Shown here: in pieces, positions 8,534 to 16,333 of the stretch | How positions within the stretch are numbered: position 1 is the stretch's first letter | How the letters are laid out: the number at the start of each line of letters is the position of its first letter | Virus record (IMG/VR): IMGVR_UViG_3300030117_001886 | Location: 16,251-80,250 of that record | Source: a virus | Direction: 5' to 3' (one strand) | Length of the DNA: 64,000 nucleotides | Translations under genes and position numbers: made by a program | The notes under the pieces: model-generated | What the model was told of the DNA's origin: nothing | The model's input: only the letters and a program-made list of their open reading frames with translations | Database searches by the model: none

Positions 8534-10425
8534 GATTTACTAATATTTGTGTCTGCTTTTAACAAACCGTTAGTTACTACTTTTAATGCCGCATCCTCCA
8601 TGTGTCTAGTCATAATATCTACCCATTGTTCTGCAAATTCTATCTTACAAATAGTATCAATCTGATCATGAACTGTCATTACAATCTTCACAGGATAGTT
8701 ATTCTTCTTGATAGCTTGACGAATATATATAAGAGCAAGTTTAGTCATGTCAGCTGATGCGCCTTGTATAGGTGTATTTTTACTAGCACGTTCTATACTA
8801 CCAAGCTCAAAGGCTTGACTCTTGTCTTTGTATATGCGGGGATACCATGTAGGAAACCAGCGTCTTCTATTGAAAGGGGGAAAGGTTTTTATATATCCAA
8901 ACTTTTTACCAAACGAACCAAGCTTATCAAGGAATCCACCGATAGCTGGGAATGCTGCAAAATATTTTTGAATAAGTATCTCTGCTTCTTTAATAGTAAT
9001 GTTAAGAGTATCTGCAAGTTTATGTGGGCCCATACCGTAAGCAAGACCAAAGTTAATTGTCTTAACATTTGTTCTTAACTTACCGTGTTTAGGACATTTA
9101 CATTTACTCTTATTCTTCATATAACTACAATTCTCTTCAGCTGTATCTATCCACTCTTGGCCATAAACAAGATCTGCACATACACTGTGCAAGTCCTGTC
9201 CTTGTTCAAGAGCATTTATCCATACAGGATCTTTAGAACCAAATGCTATTACATTTAGCTCTTGAGAAGAATAATCACTAGATACAAAGCACCAACCTCC
9301 AGGAGCAAGAAAACAATTACGGAACTTATTATCCGCAGGTATCTGTTGCATGTTTGGCTTCTTGGATGCGACGCGTCCAGTGTCAAGTATTTGATTGAAT
9401 TGTGTATGTATTTTACCATCGCTTGAAACAAATTTAAAGAAGTCTTTACCATAAGAAGTAGCAAGCTTCATCTTTTCTTTGTACTTAACATACAAATCAA
9501 TGATTTCATACTTGTGTCTGTATTTATACATCTTCTTACCGTTAACGTCTTCTAGATCAGGGACCAATTTTTTAAATACTTTAAGTACTTGTGTAGGGCT
9601 GGTCCACTTAATCCCCACTTTACGTAAATCTTCTTTAGGAGTAAACAAGTCACCTTGAATATGAGATGGGACAAATTCAGACAGTTGATGATTATTAACT
9701 ACAAATTCGTCTAGTTTATCCCTCATAGTCAAGGCTTCTTGTTCGCTAGCTCGTGCGATGACCTCCCAAGCCTCTCTATCAATATCAATACCATTGTATT
9801 CAATATCAGAGAATGCTAACACCGCTCGATTTTCAAGTTCTACTACCTTGTTTAGTTTAAATTCATCTATCTTAGGTAGTTGTAGATTACGTAGTTTACA
9901 TAAATACTCTACATCTTTAGCACCGTATTGTATTTGATCATCACGATAGGCCTGACCTTGTAGACCTATAAACTGATTTCTGGTTTCTTTGTTAAGTTCT
10001 ACATTTAAGTATCTCTTACAAAGGTCTTTCAATCCATAGCCTATGTGACGACCACAAGATAACACACGTTCCACCAAAAACGTATCATATACGTTATCAC
10101 ACTCTATGTTTGCCCATTTCTTAATAAATTTATAGTCAAACTTAGCATTGTGAAATATTTTAATAATCTTTTTACTTTCTAGTATTTGTCTAAGAGGTTC
10201 TATACTGATATGTCTAGTATCAATTACATACTGGTTGTTCTCATCACCTATCTGAAACATAATCATTTTCTTACAGGTAAAGTCAAAGCCTTCAGTCTCA
10301 GTGTCAACACCGAGGACTTCCTGTCTTCCGCAATAAGCTACAGCTTGATTGATAGTAGCTAGTTCATATAAATCACTATTAAAGTCGTCTCCTAGAGCAG
10401 TACTATTTGTTATCAGCTTTATCAT
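8521..10425 (-). CDS. polA: DNA polymerase family A with 3'-5' exonuclease
   Basis: Exonuclease motifs 'VDTET', 'HNAKFD', 'YGAKDV'; polymerase motif A 'SDYSSQEL', motif B 'RTNVKTINFGLAYG', motif C 'TVHDQI'. Confidence 0.95.
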   Translation of the reverse strand: MIKLITNSTALGDDFNSDLYELATINQAVAYCGRQEVLGVDTETEGFDFTCKKMIMFQIGDENNQYVIDTRHISIEPLRQILESKKIIKIFHNAKFDYKFIKKWANIECDNVYDTFLVERVLSCGRHIGYGLKDLCKRYLNVELNKETRNQFIGLQGQAYRDDQIQYGAKDVEYLCKLRNLQLPKIDEFKLNKVVELENRAVLAFSDIEYNGIDIDREAWEVIARASEQEALTMRDKLDEFVVNNHQLSEFVPSHIQGDLFTPKEDLRKVGIKWTSPTQVLKVFKKLVPDLEDVNGKKMYKYRHKYEIIDLYVKYKEKMKLATSYGKDFFKFVSSDGKIHTQFNQILDTGRVASKKPNMQQIPADNKFRNCFLAPGGWCFVSSDYSSQELNVIAFGSKDPVWINALEQGQDLHSVCADLVYGQEWIDTAEENCSYMKNKSKCKCPKHGKLRTNVKTINFGLAYGMGPHKLADTLNITIKEAEILIQKYFAAFPAIGGFLDKLGSFGKKFGYIKTFPPFNRRRWFPTWYPRIYKDKSQAFELGSIERASKNTPIQGASADMTKLALIYIRQAIKKNNYPVKIVMTVHDQIDTICKIEFAEQWVDIMTRHMEDAALKVVTNGLLKADTNISKSWEK

Positions 10426-10645
10426 TTGGCATAATTTTTCTTAAAGAATCGTGAAATGTTTCATCAAATTCTAATAAATATTTTGCATATGTAAGGCTAA
10501 TATTTTTACCTTGAAACGATACAGTTTCTTCATTATTCTTCTCAGCTATGAAATATGCACGTCGTAAATCTTCCATATAGCCTTGTTGTATAGCCATATA
10601 TACTTCTTTCATTTTACCCATTGTAATAATCTTTAATGTTGACAT
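10403..10645 (-). CDS. Hypothetical protein
   Basis: ORF track; the true start may be the internal MGKMKE. Confidence 0.55.
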   Translation of the reverse strand: MSTLKIITMGKMKEVYMAIQQGYMEDLRRAYFIAEKNNEETVSFQGKNISLTYAKYLLEFDETFHDSLRKIMPNDKADNK

Positions 10646-10841
10646 TTTGTTCTTCCATAATTACACGTTCGTTAGATTTTTCGTAAGGAAAAGTCATCCC
10701 AAACATCAGTTGAAAGGAAATATCAGAGTTAATAATTTTTGGTATTTCTAACCATTTTTCTGTTGTAACATATTCACCAGCTTCATCGTATATATGTCTG
10801 GTTCTCAGTATGTTCTGGTGGTGTCCGTTATTATTTGCCAT
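10614..10841 (-). CDS. Hypothetical protein
   Basis: 75-aa ORF in operon. Confidence 0.55.
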   Translation of the reverse strand: MANNNGHHQNILRTRHIYDEAGEYVTTEKWLEIPKIINSDISFQLMFGMTFPYEKSNERVIMEEQNVNIKDYYNG

Positions 10842-10865
10842 CTTGTTTTTGGAGTTTTAAAGCAT

Positions 10866-10895
10866 AAAAAAGGTAGAGGATTGCTCCCCTACCTT
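10866..10895 (-). terminator. Rho-independent terminator
   Basis: Minus strand AAGGTAGGGGA-GCAA-TCCTCTACCTT followed by TTTT. Confidence 0.65.
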
Positions 10896-10916
10896 CAAAT
10901 TAATTAATTTTAATTA

Positions 10917-10982
10917 CTAGTCGAATATTATGGCCTTAATAACTATAACAATAATTAGTATAATAGCTATGTATAAGGCCAT
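10917..10982 (-). CDS. 21-aa hydrophobic membrane peptide (MALYIAIILIIVIVIKAIIFD)
   Basis: Manual translation; lies between a TATATTTG promoter (11035-11042) and a terminator (10866-10895). Confidence 0.45.
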   Translation of the reverse strand: MALYIAIILIIVIVIKAIIFD

Positions 10983-11034
10983 AAATTTGGTTTCTTGAAA
11001 TGAGGTTATAAAATTTCTTATTACAATTTGATAA

Positions 11035-11042
11035 CAAATATA
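11035..11042 (-). promoter_or_regulatory. Bacteroidota -7 promoter element (TATATTTG)
   Basis: Exact TAnnTTTG match in an intergenic region, oriented with the local genes. Confidence 0.55.
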
Positions 11043-11066
11043 CAATAAAAATCTATACCTCCAAAC

Positions 11067-11696
11067 TTATTCTTCTAATAATTTTTTCAGATCTTCCCAT
11101 GACATGTGTCTAGGAGCATTACGAAGTTTATTTAAGACTGAATCTTCTTTTAATTCTGTCCCATATTCTTCTACAAATGCAGTAAAATCTGATTTGACAA
11201 AAGTATGTTCTGGTTTATTGTTAGTTAAGACACATTCTGTATTACTAAATACATAATCTCCTTTACTTTTAACAAAGTCTCCATTTCTACCTTTACGTTT
11301 TGCATACTTCTCAGGATGCAGTACATGTTCTAGTCTAGTTGGTGTAGTAGTTTCTGTAACTTGTACTCTTAATCTAACACCTTTGTATGTAGGATTTAAA
11401 TAATTAAGTTCTACATAATCCTCAAGGTCATCATTAAGTTCCCAGTTAAGTTGTTCTACATCAATACCAAGACCAACAAGTATATCATAGGGTTCAGCAG
11501 GAAACTTAGCACATCTAATACCAGGAGTGTATTTAGAATCAGATTGATTCATAACTACAATAGCTCTAGTATTATTTATAACTCTCTCTCCAACCTCTAT
11601 CATAATCTTTCCTTCATTTGTCCGAGTCATGGATGTAAGGATAGTATCTCCTATGCGTAAGTCCTGTTTATCTATAACTTCATAGTCCATCAACAT
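11067..11696 (-). CDS. Hypothetical protein
   Basis: 209-aa ORF; no recognised motif. Confidence 0.7.
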   Translation of the reverse strand: MLMDYEVIDKQDLRIGDTILTSMTRTNEGKIMIEVGERVINNTRAIVVMNQSDSKYTPGIRCAKFPAEPYDILVGLGIDVEQLNWELNDDLEDYVELNYLNPTYKGVRLRVQVTETTTPTRLEHVLHPEKYAKRKGRNGDFVKSKGDYVFSNTECVLTNNKPEHTFVKSDFTAFVEEYGTELKEDSVLNKLRNAPRHMSWEDLKKLLEE

Positions 11697-11922
11697 AATC
11701 GTTTTCTATTTGCCCTTGTAGCTCTTCATTGAACGGAACGGAGTCATCGTTCACTGACTCAACCACAAAGATGTTCTTAATTGCAGATGTACACTCCGAC
11801 ATAAAGTGAAGCGCATCTATTTTGTCTGTAAATGTAATGTCTTTTACATCACATAAAGCGTTTTCGTCGCATGCATGATCTCCGTACATGTCACACTCGT
11901 ATCTTATAACATATAATCTCAT
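11680..11922 (-). CDS. Hypothetical protein
   Basis: 80-aa acidic ORF. Confidence 0.55.
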   Translation of the reverse strand: MRLYVIRYECDMYGDHACDENALCDVKDITFTDKIDALHFMSECTSAIKNIFVVESVNDDSVPFNEELQGQIENDYVDGL

Positions 11923-12044
11923 TGGTCTCTTTTTTGTACGGATTTAACGTAATCTAACCAATCAAGCTTATCTGTGTAATAAGCATTTTTAAATATGGCA
12001 TTGTATAAGCCATACTTGATAACTACTCTAATGAATTGTTTCAT
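11919..12044 (-). CDS. Small hypothetical protein (41 aa, MKQFIRVVIKYGLY...)
   Basis: Manual translation; its TGA overlaps the next ATG (ATGA coupling). Confidence 0.5.
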   Translation of the reverse strand: MKQFIRVVIKYGLYNAIFKNAYYTDKLDWLDYVKSVQKRDQ

Positions 12045-12076
12045 GATAATAAATGAATTAAGTGAATAAAAATGAT

Positions 12077-12376
12077 GAGACATTTCAGCTGTCTCTTTGC
12101 TGTAAATTTTGTTAGATAATTAACTTATGCTATCCAGAGCGTTCCTCTCTTGCCTGATCAACAACTGGCCCTCCTAATGTCTACCCCCTCTCGAGGAACA
12201 TCGCAGCCATGGCATAAGTTATTATCTTACTTAATGTGTTCATATAATACTTTTCAAAGATGCATAATCTAAGCGCTTAGTTATACACACAGAGCAGGAC
12301 CAGTTTGTTTCTGGAATTATTGGTTAATACTAATTCGATTACTCCTGAATAATCTAAAAGTGAGCTCCACTTTTTA
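12077..12376. ncRNA. Candidate structured RNA / cis-regulatory region
   Basis: Long imperfect hairpin 12111-12230, palindrome 12269-12280, three-way junction 12295-12347 and flanking hairpins, all in a ~330-nt gap lacking a long ORF. Confidence 0.4.
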
Positions 12377-12383
12377 TTAAGGA

Positions 12384-12611
12384 CTACCTCTCGTATGCAA
12401 GTCTTCTTAGACCAGCAACAGTAGTACCAACTTGTTGTGCTTTCAAAAGAGTGTACTTTTCAGTCACAATGTCTGAGTACATATCTACAAATTGTTTAAC
12501 ACTTTTAATTCCGGTTAACTCTTCACACAAACTATTAAGTTTATCAATAGTTTCTTTGTGCTCTAATTGTAACTTGTGTAACTCTTCAAGTCTTTGTTTT
12601 TCTTTGTCCAT
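12384..12611 (-). CDS. Hypothetical protein (coiled coil)
   Basis: ORF track; operon-like overlap. Confidence 0.55.
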   Translation of the reverse strand: MDKEKQRLEELHKLQLEHKETIDKLNSLCEELTGIKSVKQFVDMYSDIVTEKYTLLKAQQVGTTVAGLRRLAYER

Positions 12612-12840
12612 CTTTTTCCTGTAACTTTTTTTCTAATACTTTAATTGTATTTACACAATGATAGATTGTCTCTATCAAATGTTGTTTGTCCATTCTGACT
12701 AATAGATCTCCAAAAGGAGAGTAAAAAGAGGAAGAGTAATAACTCTCCCACTCTCTTGTTTCTCCTAACCATTTACCTATAATCTCTTTGTACTCTATTG
12801 ACCTGTGAAAGTCAGACGCATACTTTTTATCTTTCATCAT
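12586..12840 (-). CDS. Hypothetical protein
   Basis: ORF track; operon-like overlap. Confidence 0.55.
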   Translation of the reverse strand: MMKDKKYASDFHRSIEYKEIIGKWLGETREWESYYSSSFYSPFGDLLVRMDKQHLIETIYHCVNTIKVLEKKLQEKDGQRKTKT

Positions 12841-13150
12841 CTTCTATACGTTTTTTAAAATCAAAAAGATCTAATCTTTCATACCTAGCACCAGAAGATA
12901 ATCTCTCATCAGCATCTAAATACTGTAGTACATTTTTGTAGAACTGTGTCTCTTTATCTTCTCCTATTCGTAGAATATTAAGAGCTCTTTCTATACTATC
13001 GTTAAGAAAGGCAGCATAAGTTTCATTTATGTCATTGTCTCTTAGCTTACCCTCATAAGTAACTATGAGCATTTGTAAGGCATTCATCATAAGGTTGTGA
13101 TCATCATCACCTAAGTAGTCCTTTGCCTTTTTGTTGGATAAATTTTCCAT
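12827..13150 (-). CDS. Hypothetical protein
   Basis: 107-aa ORF. Confidence 0.6.
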   Translation of the reverse strand: MENLSNKKAKDYLGDDDHNLMMNALQMLIVTYEGKLRDNDINETYAAFLNDSIERALNILRIGEDKETQFYKNVLQYLDADERLSSGARYERLDLFDFKKRIEDDER

Positions 13151-13274
13151 AATGTTATATAATTTAATGATAATAATTGATTACAATATCAAAGTAGTGT
13201 GAAATGTAGGGTGTGAGGCCTACAACACGTACACACAAATTGACATAATCCCTGATCCTGAAATAAAAAAAAGA

Positions 13275-13303
13275 AAAAAGGGGGGACATAAGTCCCCCTT
13301 TTA
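13275..13303 (-). terminator. Rho-independent terminator
   Basis: AAAAGGGGGAC-TTAT-GTCCCCCC stem followed by a long T tract on the minus strand, directly after the stop of 13304..13684. Confidence 0.75.
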
Positions 13304-13684
13304 TTAAGCCCTAGAAATGATGTTACGCATTTTTCCGTTAATCACTTTTGCTTCAACTTCTACTTGTTGATTGGTTAAACTGATACCTTGTAGAATATCG
13401 TTTTCCCATTCTTCAAGATTCAATGTTCCCTCTTGTATTAAAGTTTTATCTCCAAAGTTTACATTGAATTTACCTAAGTTTAGAATAAATTCTCCTTTGT
13501 CTGTTTTAACACAGATAGTTTTAAAAGGTCGTACTCCACCTACCAAAGTAGCATTGTATGTTCCCTCGTCTAGTTTTGATTCACTAGAACCTCCAGCAAT
13601 TACTGAAGCGTTTGGATTTAGTTCTTGCATTTGCATAGCTTTTTTGTAAGCTACCATTTCTGCTGTTTCTGTTAATGTTGCCAT
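13304..13684 (-). CDS. Hypothetical protein, first gene of leftward arm
   Basis: 126-aa ORF with its own terminator. Confidence 0.7.
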   Translation of the reverse strand: MATLTETAEMVAYKKAMQMQELNPNASVIAGGSSESKLDEGTYNATLVGGVRPFKTICVKTDKGEFILNLGKFNVNFGDKTLIQEGTLNLEEWENDILQGISLTNQQVEVEAKVINGKMRNIISRA

Positions 13685-13719
13685 AACGATTTAATAAATT
13701 AAGTTAATAAAATTTGTGT

Positions 13720-13830
13720 GTACTTGGGCAAAATGGGGTGTACCCCATGCACCAAGACCCACAGGGGCTACATTATGGGGAGGTCTGCGCACTCAAAAAT
13801 TTTCCAAAAATTTTTTTTATTTTATTTTTT
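13720..13830. other. Strand-switch region with GC-rich inverted repeats (candidate origin/terminus/packaging site)
   Basis: ATGGGGT-GT-ACCCCAT nested in CTTGG...CCAAG, then A/T tracts; located where coding strands diverge. Confidence 0.35.
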
Positions 13831-13833
13831 ATA

Positions 13834-13841
13834 TATATTTG
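13834..13841 (+). promoter_or_regulatory. Bacteroidota -7 promoter element (TATATTTG)
   Basis: TATATTTGCAC immediately before ATG 13845. Confidence 0.55.
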
Positions 13842-13844
13842 CAC

Positions 13845-13973
13845 ATGACCTTCAAAGAAATATTGAGAAACTGTAAACGAAAATTAATAGATGGCGACAA
13901 GAAATACATTTACAAGAGTAGACACACCGAAGAAAAAAAGACCAGGGATACATGCAAAAAGCAAAACAAGTAA
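13845..13973 (+). CDS. Small basic hypothetical protein (42 aa)
   Basis: In-frame ATG inside track ORF 13716..13973, directly after a promoter motif. Confidence 0.4.
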   Translation: MTFKEILRNCKRKLIDGDKKYIYKSRHTEEKKTRDTCKKQNK

Positions 13974-14037
13974 GCTTACAAGTTCTAAGAACTACCGCAA
14001 AAAGTACAAAGGTCAAGGAAGATAAGAATAATTTGTG

Positions 14038-14045
14038 TATATTTG
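14038..14045 (+). promoter_or_regulatory. Bacteroidota -7 promoter element (TATATTTG)
   Basis: Exact motif about 6 nt upstream of the structured region, with no start codon following. Confidence 0.6.
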
Positions 14046-14050
14046 CACAA

Positions 14051-14389
14051 GCAGAGGCATTCCTTAATAGGAATATCACCCCTGAGGACCGAAAGGGCAG
14101 TAGGGGGTCAGACGTGGGATTTATACCTAGTAACATAATAGTAATATGGCCCTAGGCAAATACGCTAGAAAAAACGCTGTGACAGCGAATCATCAGTAGG
14201 AAATTTTCTCCCATAGCCTCGAAAAGGAAAGATATAGAACCTAGTTGGGATAGAATACATATTAGGTAAGTGTGGTGAATTAACACCGTGATAATTATCC
14301 CTTGGTCTTCTCAAAGAAGAAAGCACTGCTAGGTTTGAAATTCTAACCATAATTACAAAACTCCTAGGGGGAACCTATATCTAGACTGC
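14051..14389 (+). ncRNA. Candidate large structured non-coding RNA (~340 nt)
   Basis: About ten mutually compatible nested helices, including long-range ones (see findings); promoter directly upstream; no credible ORF. Confidence 0.6.
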
Positions 14390-14405
14390 ACATATAATTA
14401 TAATT

Positions 14406-14621
14406 ATGGGAAAATCAAAACCAAATAATCCTAGCTTGTGGTCACGAGCAAAAGCTGCGGCCAGAAAGAAGTTTAAGGTGTATCCATCTGCATATGCTAA
14501 TGCGTGGGCATCTAAATGGTACAAATCAAAAGGTGGCACATGGCGAGGAGCTGACAATAGAGTAAAGAAATCTATGAAAGGTGGATTTACTATGGAGAAA
14601 GGACCTGCTAAATTAGACTAA
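14406..14621 (+). CDS. Small basic protein (KFKVYPSAYANAW type), probable virion-internal DNA-binding
   Basis: Lys-rich; motif recalled from marine phage small proteins; ends with a KKSMKGGF motif. Confidence 0.65.
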   Translation: MGKSKPNNPSLWSRAKAAARKKFKVYPSAYANAWASKWYKSKGGTWRGADNRVKKSMKGGFTMEKGPAKLD

Positions 14622-14623
14622 TC

Positions 14624-14893
14624 ATGGCAAAAGGCGGATTAGGTAAATGGTTTGGTGAGAAATGGGTAGACGTAAAGACAGGTAAACCTTGTGGTAGATC
14701 TGGTAAGAAAGATAAACGTCGTGGATACCCGGCATGTAGACCATCAAAAGTAGCAGGTAGTATATCTAAAAGAGAAGCAGCTAAGAAAACAGGACCAGGA
14801 AGAGTAAACTGGTCAACCACTGCATCTGGTAGAAAGCGTAAAACAAGCAGAGCTATGCAGGGTGGATATAAGACTTTACCAAAACTTTATTAA
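14624..14893 (+). CDS. Small basic protein (KWFxEKWVDVKTGKPCGR type; DUF5872-like, unverified)
   Basis: Lys/Arg-rich; MAKGG and AMQGG motifs. Confidence 0.65.
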   Translation: MAKGGLGKWFGEKWVDVKTGKPCGRSGKKDKRRGYPACRPSKVAGSISKREAAKKTGPGRVNWSTTASGRKRKTSRAMQGGYKTLPKLY

Positions 14894-14924
14894 TTTTTTC
14901 TTGGAACTATAAATTATTTTGTTA

Positions 14925-14932
14925 TAACTTTG
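14925..14932 (+). promoter_or_regulatory. Bacteroidota -7 promoter element (TAACTTTG)
   Basis: Motif upstream of groES, with TTG about 22 nt further upstream. Confidence 0.5.
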
Positions 14933-14948
14933 CATTATTAAATTTAAA

Positions 14949-15236
14949 ATGATGGCAAAGAAAACAGAATTTAGACCGTACGGTAACTGGTTAGTTCTAC
15001 CAGACCCTACTACAACAGAAACAGAATCAGGGTTAATCTTAGATGACTCAACTGCAAAGAAGATGGCAACTAATGTACTAGAAGTATTAGCTGCAGGTCC
15101 TCAATGCATCATGGCAGAGGTAGGAGACACAGTTCTTGTGAATCCTTTATCAGAAGCTATGCGTATGAGTATTAATGATAAGCCTTGTGTATTAATTAAT
15201 GAGCATAATATATTAGGGAAGTTTGATAAGAACTAA
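14949..15236 (+). CDS. groES: GroES-like co-chaperonin
   Basis: 'FRPYGNWLVL...TETESGLIL...EVLAAGP...EVGDTVL...LINEHNILG' matches the Cpn10 pattern. Confidence 0.8.
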   Translation: MMAKKTEFRPYGNWLVLPDPTTTETESGLILDDSTAKKMATNVLEVLAAGPQCIMAEVGDTVLVNPLSEAMRMSINDKPCVLINEHNILGKFDKN

Positions 15237-15405
15237 ATTTTTAACTCACGAATTTGATGAGCTCTTTGAATTATACAGAGAGTTTGAAGATAAACTTACT
15301 ATGTGGTCAGAAAACAACATAAACTCTACATGGGATATAGAGGTACTTATAGGAGAATACGAATATATAATTATAGTAACTGTAGACAATGAAAATAACG
15401 ATTAA
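15223..15405 (+). CDS. Hypothetical protein
   Basis: 60-aa ORF, TTG start, overlapping neighbours. Confidence 0.45.
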   Translation: MIRTKFLTHEFDELFELYREFEDKLTMWSENNINSTWDIEVLIGEYEYIIIVTVDNENND

Positions 15406-15745
15406 CGCAGATACAACTACAAAACAGATAAGCATTTGGAATGGTATATTTGATCTAACTAAAAAAGAGATACAAGTTATATCTAATCTTATAGATGCAG
15501 AAGCCGTAACTAGAACAGGTAATATAGCAGATGTAAAAAACAAAAGAGCAGCTGCTAGAAATATGGGTATATCTGATTACAATACTTTAAATAACTATAT
15601 AAAAAGATTGAAAGATAAAAAAGCCTTGATAGTTAAAAATAATAATTATACCTTACATCCACTATTAAATGCAGATACTACATATGTTGAGATACTTATC
15701 AAAAACGGAGGAGATAAAACCAATAATAACCCTATGGACGAATGA
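15389..15745 (+). CDS. Probable winged-helix DNA-binding protein
   Basis: 'LTKKEIQVI...AARNMGISDYNTLNNYIKRLKDKKALI...YTLHPLL'. Confidence 0.6.
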   Translation: MKITINADTTTKQISIWNGIFDLTKKEIQVISNLIDAEAVTRTGNIADVKNKRAAARNMGISDYNTLNNYIKRLKDKKALIVKNNNYTLHPLLNADTTYVEILIKNGGDKTNNNPMDE

Positions 15746-15810
15746 GTATAATGTAGATTTTGACATAGTTCAAGATCCACATGGTATATGCTTAGAAATA
15801 ACAGTAAACG

Positions 15811-16152
15811 ATGGAAGACAACAAACTACCTACTGCATTACAGATGATGAAGAACTTCAGCAAGGAGCTCGTTACTTTTGTGCAGAAGGGAATGCCTAAT
15901 GTAAGTGAAGAAGATTATCAAGAAAGATTAGACGATTGTTTTAATTGTGAGCATTTTCTAGAAAACTTAAATAGGTGTGGTAAGTGTGGCTGTTTGGTTG
16001 AATATAAAGCTAGATGGAAAACAACTAAATGTCCTATAGGTGTTTGGAAACAACAGATAGTTGGAGAGGGTGGTACATCCCTTGAAGGCAAGATTAAACG
16101 CAATGAAGAAAACAAAGAAGGAGATAATACAGAGACTAGCGACAAAGTATAA
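15811..16152 (+). CDS. Cys-rich zinc-finger protein
   Basis: 'RLDDCFNCEH...RCGKCGC...KCPIGVW'. Confidence 0.7.
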   Translation: MEDNKLPTALQMMKNFSKELVTFVQKGMPNVSEEDYQERLDDCFNCEHFLENLNRCGKCGCLVEYKARWKTTKCPIGVWKQQIVGEGGTSLEGKIKRNEENKEGDNTETSDKV

Positions 16153-16333
16153 TTTACCTCTTAGTACAATAGAGAATATAGTTATGCACCAGTTTAAATT
16201 TGTGGCTAAGATTATGGAAGAGGGCAAGTTTGAATCTATAAGAATACCATACTTTGGAAAGTTTTCTTCAAACAAGAAACGACGAGATTATATAACTGCA
16301 TTAAAAAATGGATCTAATAACGATAGACAATAA
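16103..16333 (+). CDS. HU/IHF-like DNA-binding protein
   Basis: 'KKEIIQRLATKYNLP...IRIPYFGKF'; ATG 16103 preferred over the track start at 16061. Confidence 0.7.
   Translation: MKKTKKEIIQRLATKYNLPLSTIENIVMHQFKFVAKIMEEGKFESIRIPYFGKFSSNKKRRDYITALKNGSNNDRQ

Noticed and set aside
14081-14100. Hammerhead ribozyme (CTGAGGA...GAAA)
   Set aside because: The GAAA is the tetraloop of the short stem, not the core GAAA after stem II; stems I and III cannot be built.
13852-14350. Short ORFs 13852..14136 (-), 13952..14155 (+), 14165..14350 (-)
   Set aside because: Atypical composition and mutually conflicting; the region is better explained by promoters and a structured RNA.
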